A stretch of 64,000 bases of DNA from Clostridia bacterium (GTDB taxonomy: Bacteria > Bacillota > Clostridia > TANB77 > CAG-508). Where the stretch lies: assembly GCA_051891195.1 (NCBI GenBank), contig JBJFEZ010000061.1, positions 10,178 to 74,177 on the forward strand, in the 5' to 3' direction. Positions 9,148-17,661 of this stretch are shown here, one piece after another; positions within the stretch are counted from its first letter, which is position 1; the number at the start of each line of letters is the position of its first letter. The translations under genes were made by a program, and so were the position numbers. Below the pieces are notes generated by a model, which saw only the letters and a list, made by a program, of their open reading frames with translations, was not told the origin of the DNA and made no database searches.

Positions 9148-9426
9148 ATGATTGATAAAAATACTCCAGCTTGTGATATGACTATAGGTGGTAATATTTA
9201 TGAAGCTGGTAATGCTTTAAAATTTAAAACTGGTGACTGGAGAAGTGTTAAGCCTGTTTATTTATCAGAAAAATGTAAACAATGTGGTTTATGTTTTCCA
9301 GTTTGTCCAGATGATGCTATTCCAGTAGGTAAAGATGGAAAGCGCAGTGATTTTAATTATGATTATTGCAAAGGCTGCGGAGTTTGTGCAAAGGTTTGCC
9401 CTTTTGGTGCAATAGAGATGAAATAA
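9148..9426 (+). CDS. 2-oxoacid:ferredoxin oxidoreductase, delta subunit (2x[4Fe-4S] ferredoxin)
   Basis: Two CxxCxxCxxxCP motifs (CKQCGLCFPVCP, CKGCGVCAKVCP). Start chosen at the second ATG, which has better RBS spacing (ORF track gives 9139). Confidence 0.8.
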   Translation: MIDKNTPACDMTIGGNIYEAGNALKFKTGDWRSVKPVYLSEKCKQCGLCFPVCPDDAIPVGKDGKRSDFNYDYCKGCGVCAKVCPFGAIEMK

Positions 9427-9442
9427 AAAAGGAGGATAAAAA

Positions 9443-10633
9443 ATGTCAATTAGAGAAAGATTAAGTGGAAATGAAGCTGCTGCAATAGCTATGAAACAAA
9501 TTAATCCTGATGTTGTAGCTGCTTTTCCTATAACACCTTCAACTGAAATACCACAATACTTTTCTACTTTTGTTAGTAATGGAACAGTAGATACAGAGTT
9601 TGTGGCTGTTGAAAGTGAACACAGTGCTATGAGTGCTTGTGTTGGTGCAGAAGCTGCTGGTTCTAGAGCAATGACTGCTACTTCTGCTAATGGTTTATCA
9701 TATATGTGGGAGATGATATATATTGCTTCTAGTTTAAGACTTCCAATAGTTATGAGTTTAGTAAACCGTGCCGTATCTGGTCCATTAAATATTCACAATG
9801 ACCATTCAGATGCTATGGGTGTTCGTGATAGTGGATGGATTATGCTTTTTTCTGAAAACAATCAAGAAGCATATGACAATTTAATTATGGCACATAGAAT
9901 AGCTGAGCACAAAGATGTATTATTACCTTTAATGGTATGTCAAGATGGTTTTATTACATCACATTCTATTGAAAATATTGAATTAATTGAAGATGATAAG
10001 GTTAAAGAATTTGTAGGTAAATACCAACCAGAACATTATTTATTAAATCCTAAAGAACCAATAGCAATAGGACCTTTAGATTTACAAGCATATTTATTTG
10101 AGCATAAATATCAACAAGCTGAAGCTATGCGAAATGCTAAAAAAGTTATTTTAGATGTAGCTAAAGACTTTGAAAAAATGACTGGCAGAAAATATTCGTT
10201 TTTTGAAGAATACAGAATGGAAGATGCTGAAATTGCAGTTGTTTGTATGAACTCAACTGCTGGTACTACTAAAACAGTTGTAGATGACTTAAGAGAAAAA
10301 GGCATTAAAGCTGGTATGGTAAAAGTTCGTGTATTTAGACCTTTCCCAGCAGAAGAAATTGCTGAAGCTTTAGGTAACTTAAAAGCAGTGGCAATAATGG
10401 ATAAAGCAGATTCTTTAAATGCTATGGGAGGAGCTTTGTTTGAAGATGTTACCTCTAGTATGTATACAGCTAAAAAGCAAGTACCTGCTGTAAGCTATGT
10501 TTATGGTATAGGTGGTAGAGATACTACATCTAAAGATATAAATGAAGTATTTAGCTATTTACAAAATGTAGCTAAAACTGGAGAAATTGATAATCCTTAC
10601 CGTTATGTTGGATTAAGAAAAGGAGATGAATAA
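9443..10633 (+). CDS. 2-oxoacid:ferredoxin oxidoreductase, alpha subunit
   Basis: 396 aa, RBS aaggagga, typical alpha-subunit N-terminus AAAIAMKQINPDVVAAFPITPSTEI. Confidence 0.85.
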   Translation: MSIRERLSGNEAAAIAMKQINPDVVAAFPITPSTEIPQYFSTFVSNGTVDTEFVAVESEHSAMSACVGAEAAGSRAMTATSANGLSYMWEMIYIASSLRLPIVMSLVNRAVSGPLNIHNDHSDAMGVRDSGWIMLFSENNQEAYDNLIMAHRIAEHKDVLLPLMVCQDGFITSHSIENIELIEDDKVKEFVGKYQPEHYLLNPKEPIAIGPLDLQAYLFEHKYQQAEAMRNAKKVILDVAKDFEKMTGRKYSFFEEYRMEDAEIAVVCMNSTAGTTKTVVDDLREKGIKAGMVKVRVFRPFPAEEIAEALGNLKAVAIMDKADSLNAMGGALFEDVTSSMYTAKKQVPAVSYVYGIGGRDTTSKDINEVFSYLQNVAKTGEIDNPYRYVGLRKGDE

Positions 10634-10634
10634 T

Positions 10635-11588
10635 ATGGCATATAATTTAAAAGAAGTAGTGGCAAATAAGCCATCTAGATTTACAGCAGGGCATAGAATG
10701 TGTGCTGGTTGTGGTGCTCCACCAGTTGCTCGTATGATTTTAAGAGCACTAAAACCTGAAGACCACGCAGTAATTACTAATGCTACTGGTTGTATGGAAG
10801 TTTCAAGCTTTATATACCCATACACAGCTTGGACAGATTCATTTATTCATACTGCTTTTGAAAATGCAGCGTCAACTTGCAGTGGTGTTGAAGCAGCTTA
10901 CCGTTCATTAAAAAAGCAAGGAAAACTTCCTGCTGATGAACATACAAAGTTCATTGCATTTGGCGGAGATGGCGGTACTTATGATATTGGTATTCAAAGC
11001 CTATCAGGTGCTATGGAAAGAGGACACGATATGGTTTATGTATGTTATGACAATGGAGCATATATGAATACAGGTATACAACGTTCTTCTGCAACTCCAA
11101 GATTTGCAGACACTACGACATCTCCTGCAGGAGAAGTTATTCCTGGAAAAATGCAATCTAGAAAAGACTTAGCCGAAGTTATGGCAGCACATCATTTACC
11201 ATATGTTGCACAATCTATAGCTTATGCTAATTTTAAAGATTTATATGAAAAAGCTGAAAAAGCTATTTATACTGAAGGACCTTGCTTCTTAAACGTATTG
11301 GCACCTTGCCCTAGAGGATGGGGTTATCCAACAGATATGCTAATGCAAATAAATAAATTAGCTGTTGAAACTTGCTATTGGCCATTATATGAAGTTATTG
11401 ATGGAAAATATGTAATTAATTATAAACCTGCTAAAAAACTTCCTGTAGAAGAATTTCTAAGACCACAAAAACGTTTTAAACATATGTTTAAACCAGGTAA
11501 TGAATGGATGATTGAAGAATTCCAAAAAGAGGTTGATAAACGTTGGGAATCACTTTTAGCTTTGGAAGAAATGAGTAATAAAATGTAA
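10635..11588 (+). CDS. 2-oxoacid:ferredoxin oxidoreductase, beta subunit (TPP-binding)
   Basis: CAGCGAP motif and GDGG TPP-binding motif. Start MAYNLKEV placed just after the alpha stop (ORF track gives 10626). Confidence 0.85.
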   Translation: MAYNLKEVVANKPSRFTAGHRMCAGCGAPPVARMILRALKPEDHAVITNATGCMEVSSFIYPYTAWTDSFIHTAFENAASTCSGVEAAYRSLKKQGKLPADEHTKFIAFGGDGGTYDIGIQSLSGAMERGHDMVYVCYDNGAYMNTGIQRSSATPRFADTTTSPAGEVIPGKMQSRKDLAEVMAAHHLPYVAQSIAYANFKDLYEKAEKAIYTEGPCFLNVLAPCPRGWGYPTDMLMQINKLAVETCYWPLYEVIDGKYVINYKPAKKLPVEEFLRPQKRFKHMFKPGNEWMIEEFQKEVDKRWESLLALEEMSNKM

Positions 11589-11593
11589 ATAAA

Positions 11594-11624
11594 TTAAGGA
11601 GATTTGCATTGCAAATCTCCTTAA
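11594..11624. terminator. Bidirectional intrinsic terminator between the oxidoreductase operon and gpr
   Basis: Perfect 14-bp stem ttaaggagatttgc/gcaaatctccttaa with A/T runs on both sides. Confidence 0.7.
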
Positions 11625-11630
11625 TTTATT

Positions 11631-12569
11631 TTAGTTTATTGCAAAGTTAATTCCCCTTGCAATAACATCTTTCATATTTTCTATTAAATCATCAATTTCT
11701 TTTGGTGTAACAATAAAATTATATTCCTCAGGTGCTAACACCTCTTTAATCATCTCGTATTTATCTTCTTCTTGTAATTGATTTAAAAATTCATTAGATT
11801 TAGCCTCGCTTTGCACTTTTTGAATAAACAAATCCAAGCTATCTGCAGCTATTGTTGCTGCTTCTACAACAGTTGGAACTCCTATAGCTATAACAGGTAT
11901 TCCTAGTGTGTCAATGGTTAATTCTTTTCTTTGATTTCCTACCCCCGCCCCTGGTATAATTCCTGTATCTGCAATTTGCACTGTACTACTTATTCTTTCT
12001 ATACTTCTTGAAGCCAATGCATCAATTACAATTAGTAGTTTAGGATGAATATTGTCAACTATTCCTTTTAGTATTTCTAGTGTTTCAATTCCTGTTGTTC
12101 CTAAAACTCCCGGAGACACTGCACTAACAGGTCTTGTATTTCTATCTAATACATCTGGCATATATGTTAGTAAATGCCTTGTAATATCAATTTCTTGTAC
12201 TACTTTTGGACCTAAAGCATCTGGAGTAACATATAAATTACCTAATCCTACAACTAATATAGGTTCTTGCTCTCCTGCTAAATTTTTTATTAAAACTTTT
12301 AATTCTTTTGTTAATGCTTCTGAAGCCTTTTGTATGTTATCTTGTGATGCAACTTTTAAATTTTTAATATCTAGTGTAATATAGCTTCCCTTCTTTTTTC
12401 CTATAGCTTTTTCCCCATTATCATTTAGTACCTTTACCCTAGTAATTTTAATATCTTCTCCTATATTTTCTTCTTGCGTTTCTATTCCTTCTACTTCGTT
12501 TGCAATATTATTAGCCTTTTTATATAAATCACGTCTTTCTAAAGCTAAATCTGTTCTAAAGTTAATCAT
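11631..12569 (-). CDS. gpr: Germination protease GPR (spore endopeptidase degrading SASPs)
   Basis: 312 aa, N-terminus MINFRTDLALE, and the overall pattern of GPR/HybD-like proteases. Confidence 0.8.
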   Translation of the reverse strand: MINFRTDLALERRDLYKKANNIANEVEGIETQEENIGEDIKITRVKVLNDNGEKAIGKKKGSYITLDIKNLKVASQDNIQKASEALTKELKVLIKNLAGEQEPILVVGLGNLYVTPDALGPKVVQEIDITRHLLTYMPDVLDRNTRPVSAVSPGVLGTTGIETLEILKGIVDNIHPKLLIVIDALASRSIERISSTVQIADTGIIPGAGVGNQRKELTIDTLGIPVIAIGVPTVVEAATIAADSLDLFIQKVQSEAKSNEFLNQLQEEDKYEMIKEVLAPEEYNFIVTPKEIDDLIENMKDVIARGINFAIN

Positions 12570-12699
12570 AAAAATACACCTTCTCTAAAAAAGTTTATTA
12601 ACTTTAGTATTTCCTTAAATTTTTATAAATATACTTAAATAAAGTTAAAATATACTTGATATTTTGTTTTTTTTTTGGTATTATATTAAGGTAATATAT

Positions 12700-12740
12700 G
12701 CAGGTGTGGCGGAATTGGCAGACGCACAGGACTCAAAATC
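12700..12740 (+). pseudogene. 5' fragment (acceptor arm to anticodon loop) of the host tRNA-Leu(CAA) gene cut by island insertion
   Basis: gcaggtgtggcggaattggcagacgcacaggactcaaaatc. Joined to 23411-23458 it rebuilds a perfect type-II tRNA-Leu(CAA): acceptor gcaggtg/cacctgc, anticodon stem cagga/tcctg. Confidence 0.85.
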
Positions 12741-12825
12741 TAAATGGATTTTTTTCGTGTTGAAACTTATAAGTATTGAAAATAGTAATGTTTAGATATT
12801 TGCTAGAGTTGAAAAATGCTCAAAC

Positions 12826-12844
12826 ATCTAACAAATATCTAACA
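12826..12844 (+). repeat. Two direct ATCTAACA repeats (candidate integrase arm-type sites) upstream of the island-borne tRNA
   Basis: catctaacaaatatctaaca. The same octamer occurs three times at 23222-23250. Confidence 0.35.
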
Positions 12845-12877
12845 TAATTGTAAAACCGCCAAAATTTAATAAAATAT

Positions 12878-12963
12878 GTCGATGTGGCGGAATAGGCAGA
12901 CGCACAGGTCTCAAAAACCTGCGGATAACATCCATGTGGGTTCGATTCCCACCATCGACACCA
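12878..12963 (+). tRNA. tRNA-Leu(CAA), class II with long variable arm, intact; appears to be island-encoded
   Basis: Folded by hand: acceptor gtcgatg/catcgac, anticodon stem caggt/acctg, loop ctCAAaa, variable-arm hairpin, T-arm gtggg-ttcgatt-cccac, 3' ACCA. Confidence 0.85.
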
Positions 12964-12968
12964 TATAA

Positions 12969-14240
12969 CTAATTACTTTGAGAAGATGAAGATGTGCTTT
13001 CTTCATTTTCTTTTTTTGTATCTGTAAATTTTAATGCATTAACCAGAGCATCTGCTGAAAGCTTTTTAGAATTAACATCTAAATGAGCATATAAATTAGC
13101 TGTAGTAGAAAAATTAGAATGACCAAGCCATTCTTGTATAGCTTTCATAGGAATACCTTTAGCAAGTAATAAACTCGCACAGGAATGCCTTAAATCGTGA
13201 AAACGAATATGTTTCATACCGATTTTATTTAATAATATACTAAAATGTTCTGAAATATAGTCAGGGCGAATTAATCTGCCTTGAGGATTAACAAAAACAT
13301 AATCTAAATATTTTCTATTATAAGTTTTTCCAAAAGCCTTTTTAAATGCTTCTTGTTTTTCTTTAAGTTCTAAAAGTTTATCTGCAATATCATCTAATAA
13401 AGGCAATGACCTATAACTAGATTTATTTTTTGTTTTGTCTTTGCATTCAATTTTTCTATTATTACCTTCTGTGTTTGTTACCGTAACAGTATGCTTTATA
13501 GTAAATGTTAGGTTTTCAAAATCAAATGAGTCCCATTTTAAACCTAAAACTTCACTTCTTCTTAAACCATAAAAAGCAGTAACTAAAATAATAACTTCTA
13601 AAGGATCACCTTTAGATTTCTCAAATAAAGTATTTAATTCAGTTTGAGTATAATAGCTTCCTATATATTGTTCTACTTTAGGTTTTTGAACTTTATCAGC
13701 TGGATTACTAGGAATAATATCCATTTTAAAAGCGTATTCTAAACATTTTCTTATAATGGCGTGATGATGCACAACAGTGTTGGCAGAAAGATGTTTTTCA
13801 ACCATTAATTCATTATAAAAATCTTGAATATGAACATGGGTTAGGTCTACTAACTTTATAGGATTTTCAGTAAAATATTTCTTGATATGATTATTGGATA
13901 TTTGCCTATAAGATGTGAACGTAGAATTTTCTACAGTATGCCTAATAATTTCTAGCCAATAAAAAAGATACTCTATAAAAAGAATATCACTTGAATTATT
14001 ATTTGATTTTGAATTGTTTAGAGCTTTTAAATTTAGTTCTTTTTCTAAATTTGCTCTTATTTCTTCAGCTTTTGCCATAGCTTGTTTTTTATTTCCGCGT
14101 TCTTTTAAACCAGTAGAACGCCAAGGTTGTTGTCTTTTTCCGTTTTCATCATAGTATTCTAAAACTGCTTGATATATTCCATTTCGAACAACAAGACTAC
14201 TTAGAGATACTTTAATTTGTTGTAAATTTTCTGTTACCAT
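12969..14240 (-). CDS. Tyrosine-type site-specific integrase
   Basis: 423 aa, C-terminal catalytic region HDLRHSCASLLLAKG..LGHSNFSTTANLYAHL (R..HxxR..Y). Immediately next to the tRNA 3' end. Confidence 0.9.
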   Translation of the reverse strand: MVTENLQQIKVSLSSLVVRNGIYQAVLEYYDENGKRQQPWRSTGLKERGNKKQAMAKAEEIRANLEKELNLKALNNSKSNNNSSDILFIEYLFYWLEIIRHTVENSTFTSYRQISNNHIKKYFTENPIKLVDLTHVHIQDFYNELMVEKHLSANTVVHHHAIIRKCLEYAFKMDIIPSNPADKVQKPKVEQYIGSYYTQTELNTLFEKSKGDPLEVIILVTAFYGLRRSEVLGLKWDSFDFENLTFTIKHTVTVTNTEGNNRKIECKDKTKNKSSYRSLPLLDDIADKLLELKEKQEAFKKAFGKTYNRKYLDYVFVNPQGRLIRPDYISEHFSILLNKIGMKHIRFHDLRHSCASLLLAKGIPMKAIQEWLGHSNFSTTANLYAHLDVNSKKLSADALVNALKFTDTKKENEESTSSSSQSN

Positions 14241-14318
14241 TATAAACTCCTTTCTGATGTAACAGACTAAATTAATTTACTATTGATTTTGTTCTTTGTA
14301 GTAAATATAAAATTTAGC

Positions 14319-14531
14319 CTAAACAACACTTTGATTTAATAAATAAGAAATAATATTTTGTTTAGGAATTTTATATTGTCTACCAACTTTTATAGACTTA
14401 ATAGTATTTTGCTTTACTAACCTATAAGCAAGAGTAATTCCTATGCCTAGCATTTCTGCTAATTGATTTACATTTACTACATCTTTATATGCAGTAAACA
14501 TAGTAGAGTAATTTTGTTTTAAATCTTTCAT
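14319..14531 (-). CDS. Excisionase/Xis-like small HTH DNA-binding protein
   Basis: 70 aa, helix-turn-helix LAEMLGIGITLAYRLVKQNTIKSIKVGRQYKIP (MerR-like Xis family). Directly upstream of int. Confidence 0.65.
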   Translation of the reverse strand: MKDLKQNYSTMFTAYKDVVNVNQLAEMLGIGITLAYRLVKQNTIKSIKVGRQYKIPKQNIISYLLNQSVV

Positions 14532-14635
14532 ACGATGACCTCCTTTTCAAAAATCTCAATAGCTAAATAATTTTCGCTATATGTATTGCGTATTGGATTT
14601 TGAGAAAGGTAAATCTCTTACTTGGTCTAATTTCT

Positions 14636-15082
14636 TTAAAAAGCATTCATACTAATTCTTTTTGGTGCATCAAAGCCAGCTTTAATTCCCTTTAGCATGA
14701 CAAATTGATTTTTAATACTATCATAAGCGTAAATACTAGAATTAGCTTTCTTAAAGGCATAGTCAGAAAGAGGATGAGGGTTATAAGAAAGTTCTATTGA
14801 ATCTTGTCTTTGTTGTTCTAATAATTGCTCGTAAGCGATATCTTTTTCTTTTTTTCTAACATAATTCTTCTGATATTCGGCTTGAGCAATTTTGCGTTTT
14901 TCTGCATTACTAGATTTTCTAGAACTTTTTTCATTTTCATATCGTCCATCTTTTTTGATTATTTTAGAAATATATTGTTGAGAAGCATTAACTATTTCTG
15001 CAATTTCTATTTGTTTTAAATGCTTATTAAAATATAAATCTAATATTTGCTCTTTCTTATCCAAAAAATTTCCTCCTTTCAT
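14636..15082 (-). CDS. Putative transcriptional regulator with a sigma-70 region-4-like HTH
   Basis: Start taken at MKGGNFLDKK, which has RBS aaaggagga just before it; the 40 upstream codons of the ORF track lack any start signal. Segment KEQILDLYFNKHLKQIEIAEIVNASQQYISKIIKK. Confidence 0.5.
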   Translation of the reverse strand: MKGGNFLDKKEQILDLYFNKHLKQIEIAEIVNASQQYISKIIKKDGRYENEKSSRKSSNAEKRKIAQAEYQKNYVRKKEKDIAYEQLLEQQRQDSIELSYNPHPLSDYAFKKANSSIYAYDSIKNQFVMLKGIKAGFDAPKRISMNAF

Positions 15083-15157
15083 TTGGTTGTATTTTTGTTT
15101 GTTGATTTTTAGATACAATAATCCTAATGACTTTTTTGGTGATTTTCCAAACAAAAC

Positions 15158-15186
15158 TTGACTATTGTCTATAAAAAAGATATAAT
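15158..15186 (+). promoter_or_regulatory. Consensus promoter (TTGACT, 17 nt, TATAAT) driving the Zn-ribbon/kinase cassette
   Basis: ttgact attgtctataaaaaaga tataat. A copy of this promoter region survives in the decayed second island (23668-23700). Confidence 0.5.
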
Positions 15187-15322
15187 AGTAATATCTTAAC
15201 AAGGTTTAACAATTATAAAATGTAATAATTACTATTAATCACTAATTACATTATAGAGTAATAATTCATACTTGTCAAGTATTACATATAAAATTTTTGA
15301 AAAAATTTTTAGGAGAGTGAAA

Positions 15323-16225
15323 ATGAAGAAAAATAATGAAGGAAATTTCAGAACTTTTTGGTTTAGATATGATAGTTATGAAATGCGAGAAATAGAAGAA
15401 AAACACTATATTACACCAAAAGAAAATTCAAAAGTAGTTATGTATGATCCATTTGATTTAGCAGATGACATATTAGTAGATATTTTAATGATAGGAAGAT
15501 GTGTTGAAAAAAATGACATAGAAGAATCTAATAAAATGATTATGGAATTTGTGGAGAAATATGGATTATTAGGAGAATTAACATATTTACCATTAAATAC
15601 TGATATAGTGGCACAAAACAAAGTTTATTTACCTAGTGGGAATTTAGTTAGTGATAAAGAAACATTACCTACTGCTGAATATATAGAGTTATTTTTAAAA
15701 TGTAGAAAGAAACAAAAAATCACTATGAAGAAAAATGCAAGAGGAGAAATTTTAGAATTGTCAGCAGAAAATGAAATGAACCCTGTTGTAGCCATAGATA
15801 GACCAGCTGAATATGCAGTTGTTTTCTCAAAGGCTTACTCAGAGTGTTTAGTTTGGATAATGCATTATGCAAGAACATTATATCAAACTTTTGAAGCAAT
15901 AGAAAATTATAGTAAAGTTGAAGATGCTTATACAAAGCAATTATATGATAATCGCATAAAGAATTTTAATCCATCAAAAATAGCTTGTAAGATATTAATG
16001 GGTAAAAATAAAGAAGACAAACCTGTTATAGAATGGAATTTTAATTCTTTAAAATTAGCAATAGATACAATGTTTGCTTTAAATGAAACTACTGAAAGAA
16101 AAACAGTAAAAATGTGTAAACATTGTGGTAAGCCATTTTCTTCTGAAAACTTGAAAGCTGAATATTGTAGCCCACAATGTAGAAATCAAGCAAATGTTTA
16201 TAAAAGTAGAGCAAAAAATAAATAG
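15323..16225 (+). CDS. Hypothetical protein with C-terminal zinc ribbon (CKHCGKP..x14..CSPQC); first gene of the HipA-like cassette
   Basis: Start MKKNNEGNF with RBS aggagagtg. No recognisable HTH. Confidence 0.55.
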   Translation: MKKNNEGNFRTFWFRYDSYEMREIEEKHYITPKENSKVVMYDPFDLADDILVDILMIGRCVEKNDIEESNKMIMEFVEKYGLLGELTYLPLNTDIVAQNKVYLPSGNLVSDKETLPTAEYIELFLKCRKKQKITMKKNARGEILELSAENEMNPVVAIDRPAEYAVVFSKAYSECLVWIMHYARTLYQTFEAIENYSKVEDAYTKQLYDNRIKNFNPSKIACKILMGKNKEDKPVIEWNFNSLKLAIDTMFALNETTERKTVKMCKHCGKPFSSENLKAEYCSPQCRNQANVYKSRAKNK

Positions 16226-16239
16226 AGTGGAGGAACTAA

Positions 16240-17197
16240 ATGATTGAATTAAAAAACTTTGATAATTGGGTAGAAGATATTGAATTTGGAAAATTCGGTA
16301 GTGGTGCAAGTGAAAAAGTTTGGCTTATTAATCCAGAAACAAACGAAAAAGGGCTTTTCAAATTTCCAAAAGTAAAGGATAAGGAAAAAGGAATAATAAC
16401 AGGAGAATATTGGGCTGAAAAACTTGCAACAGAAATAGGAAAATTAGTTGATGTAGAATGTGCCAAAGTAGATATTGGTATATATAAACGGAAGAATTGG
16501 CTCAATGAGTTATAACTTGGTAGAATATAGTTCAGAAGATAACTATACAAACCTATTAGAAGGTATAGTTTTTATAGAAAATCAGTATCCATATTATGAC
16601 AAAGATAAATTAGAGGATACTTATTCTAATAGTAAATATTCTATACAAATGATACAAAATAGTTTAAATGGAATATTAGAGATGGATAAATTTTATAAAA
16701 TTGTTATATTTGATATTTTGATAGGAAATAGTGATAGACATCATAGTAATTGGGCAATTTTAGCCAAAGGAACAGTATATAAGACTCCAGAAGATATGCT
16801 TGATATATTTTTTAATTATAATATGTGTCCTTTATATGATAATGGTTCATCATTATGTGCCTACGAAGATAATAATAATCTTGAAATATTTTTTAAAGAT
16901 AAAATGAAGTTTGAAGCATTAGTAAATACAAAGTCAAAATCTGCTATTGGATGGGAAAATGAAAGACCTATTAGACACTTTGAATTATTGAAAAAAATAA
17001 AAGACAATGCATATGAATTAACAGTACAATATATAGAAAAGATTAAAACTAATATTAATGAAGAAAATATAGATAAAATTTTAAATGAGTTTGATAATAA
17101 TATAATAAGTATAGATATGAAGAAATTATTAAAAATGTATCTTTTAGAACGAAGAAAAAGAATATTAGAGATATATGATTTGAAAGATGAGGTGTAA
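16240..17197 (+). pseudogene. HipA-like Ser/Thr kinase core (HipT-like, no N-subdomain 1), interrupted by a +1 insertion (c at 16489); possibly an artefact
   Basis: ORFs 16240-16515 and 16475-17197 overlap. Removing the c in aaa c gga aga gives a continuous ~318-aa protein with HipA motifs: FGSGASEKVWL (like GAQEK), GEYWAEKLATEIG, IFDILIGNSDRHHSNWAIL (catalytic D.H..N), CPLYDNGSS. Confidence 0.7.
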
Positions 17198-17204
17198 AAG
17201 AAAA

Positions 17205-17555
17205 ATGGAAAAAGATTTAGTATATTTAGTTTGGACAGATGTTAAAACAGGAAATAAATATAAAGTAGCTGAATTATATAAAATGAATAATGCTTTTTAT
17301 TTTAAGTATATTCTAGAAAATGTAAAAGAGGCTCAAAAAAGTGGTTTTAAATTATTAATTGCATTTCCTCAAATTAATGCTTTATATGATAATCCAAAAT
17401 TATTTGCTACTTTTGCAGCAAGATTACCAGAGCCTACAAGACCAGAAATAAAAGAGATTTTAGAAACTTATGGAATGACAGAATATGATGCGTTTGAATT
17501 ATTAAAAAGAAGTGGTGCAAAACTACCTACAGATAATTATGAATTTGTAAAATAA
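17205..17555 (+). CDS. HipA N-terminal-subdomain-like small protein (HipS-like) downstream of the kinase
   Basis: 116 aa; LVYLVWTDVKTGNKYKVAELYKMNNAFYFKY and LFATFAARLPEP resemble the HipA N-domain (VGEL..F.Y, FNFF.NLLPD). Start is 8 nt after the kinase stop, with RBS gaggtg. Confidence 0.5.
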   Translation: MEKDLVYLVWTDVKTGNKYKVAELYKMNNAFYFKYILENVKEAQKSGFKLLIAFPQINALYDNPKLFATFAARLPEPTRPEIKEILETYGMTEYDAFELLKRSGAKLPTDNYEFVK

Positions 17556-17581
17556 TTTAATATTTAATATTATTTATAATG

Positions 17582-17610
17582 TTGATTAGAAAATATCAAT
17601 ATGCTATAAT
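17582..17610 (+). promoter_or_regulatory. Promoter (TTGATT, 17 nt, TATAAT) for the serpin gene
   Basis: Read directly. Confidence 0.45.
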
Positions 17611-17661
17611 AATTTCAGTATAAGAGCTATTAACAAAAGAGTAAAATAGATAAAGGAGTGT

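Noticed and set aside
12741-12877. Idea that the 5' tRNA fragment and the complete tRNA-Leu are one gene with an intron or a simple tandem duplicate
   Set aside because: The 5' fragment pairs perfectly only with the distant 3' half at 23404-23458 (acceptor gcaggtg/cacctgc). The complete tRNA at 12878-12963 is internally self-consistent with different stems. An insertion event therefore explains the data better than an intron or tandem array.
15083-15202. N-terminal 40 codons of ORF 14636-15202
   Set aside because: No start signal. An ATG with an AAAGGAGGA RBS lies at 15080-15082, so the gene was shortened to 149 aa.
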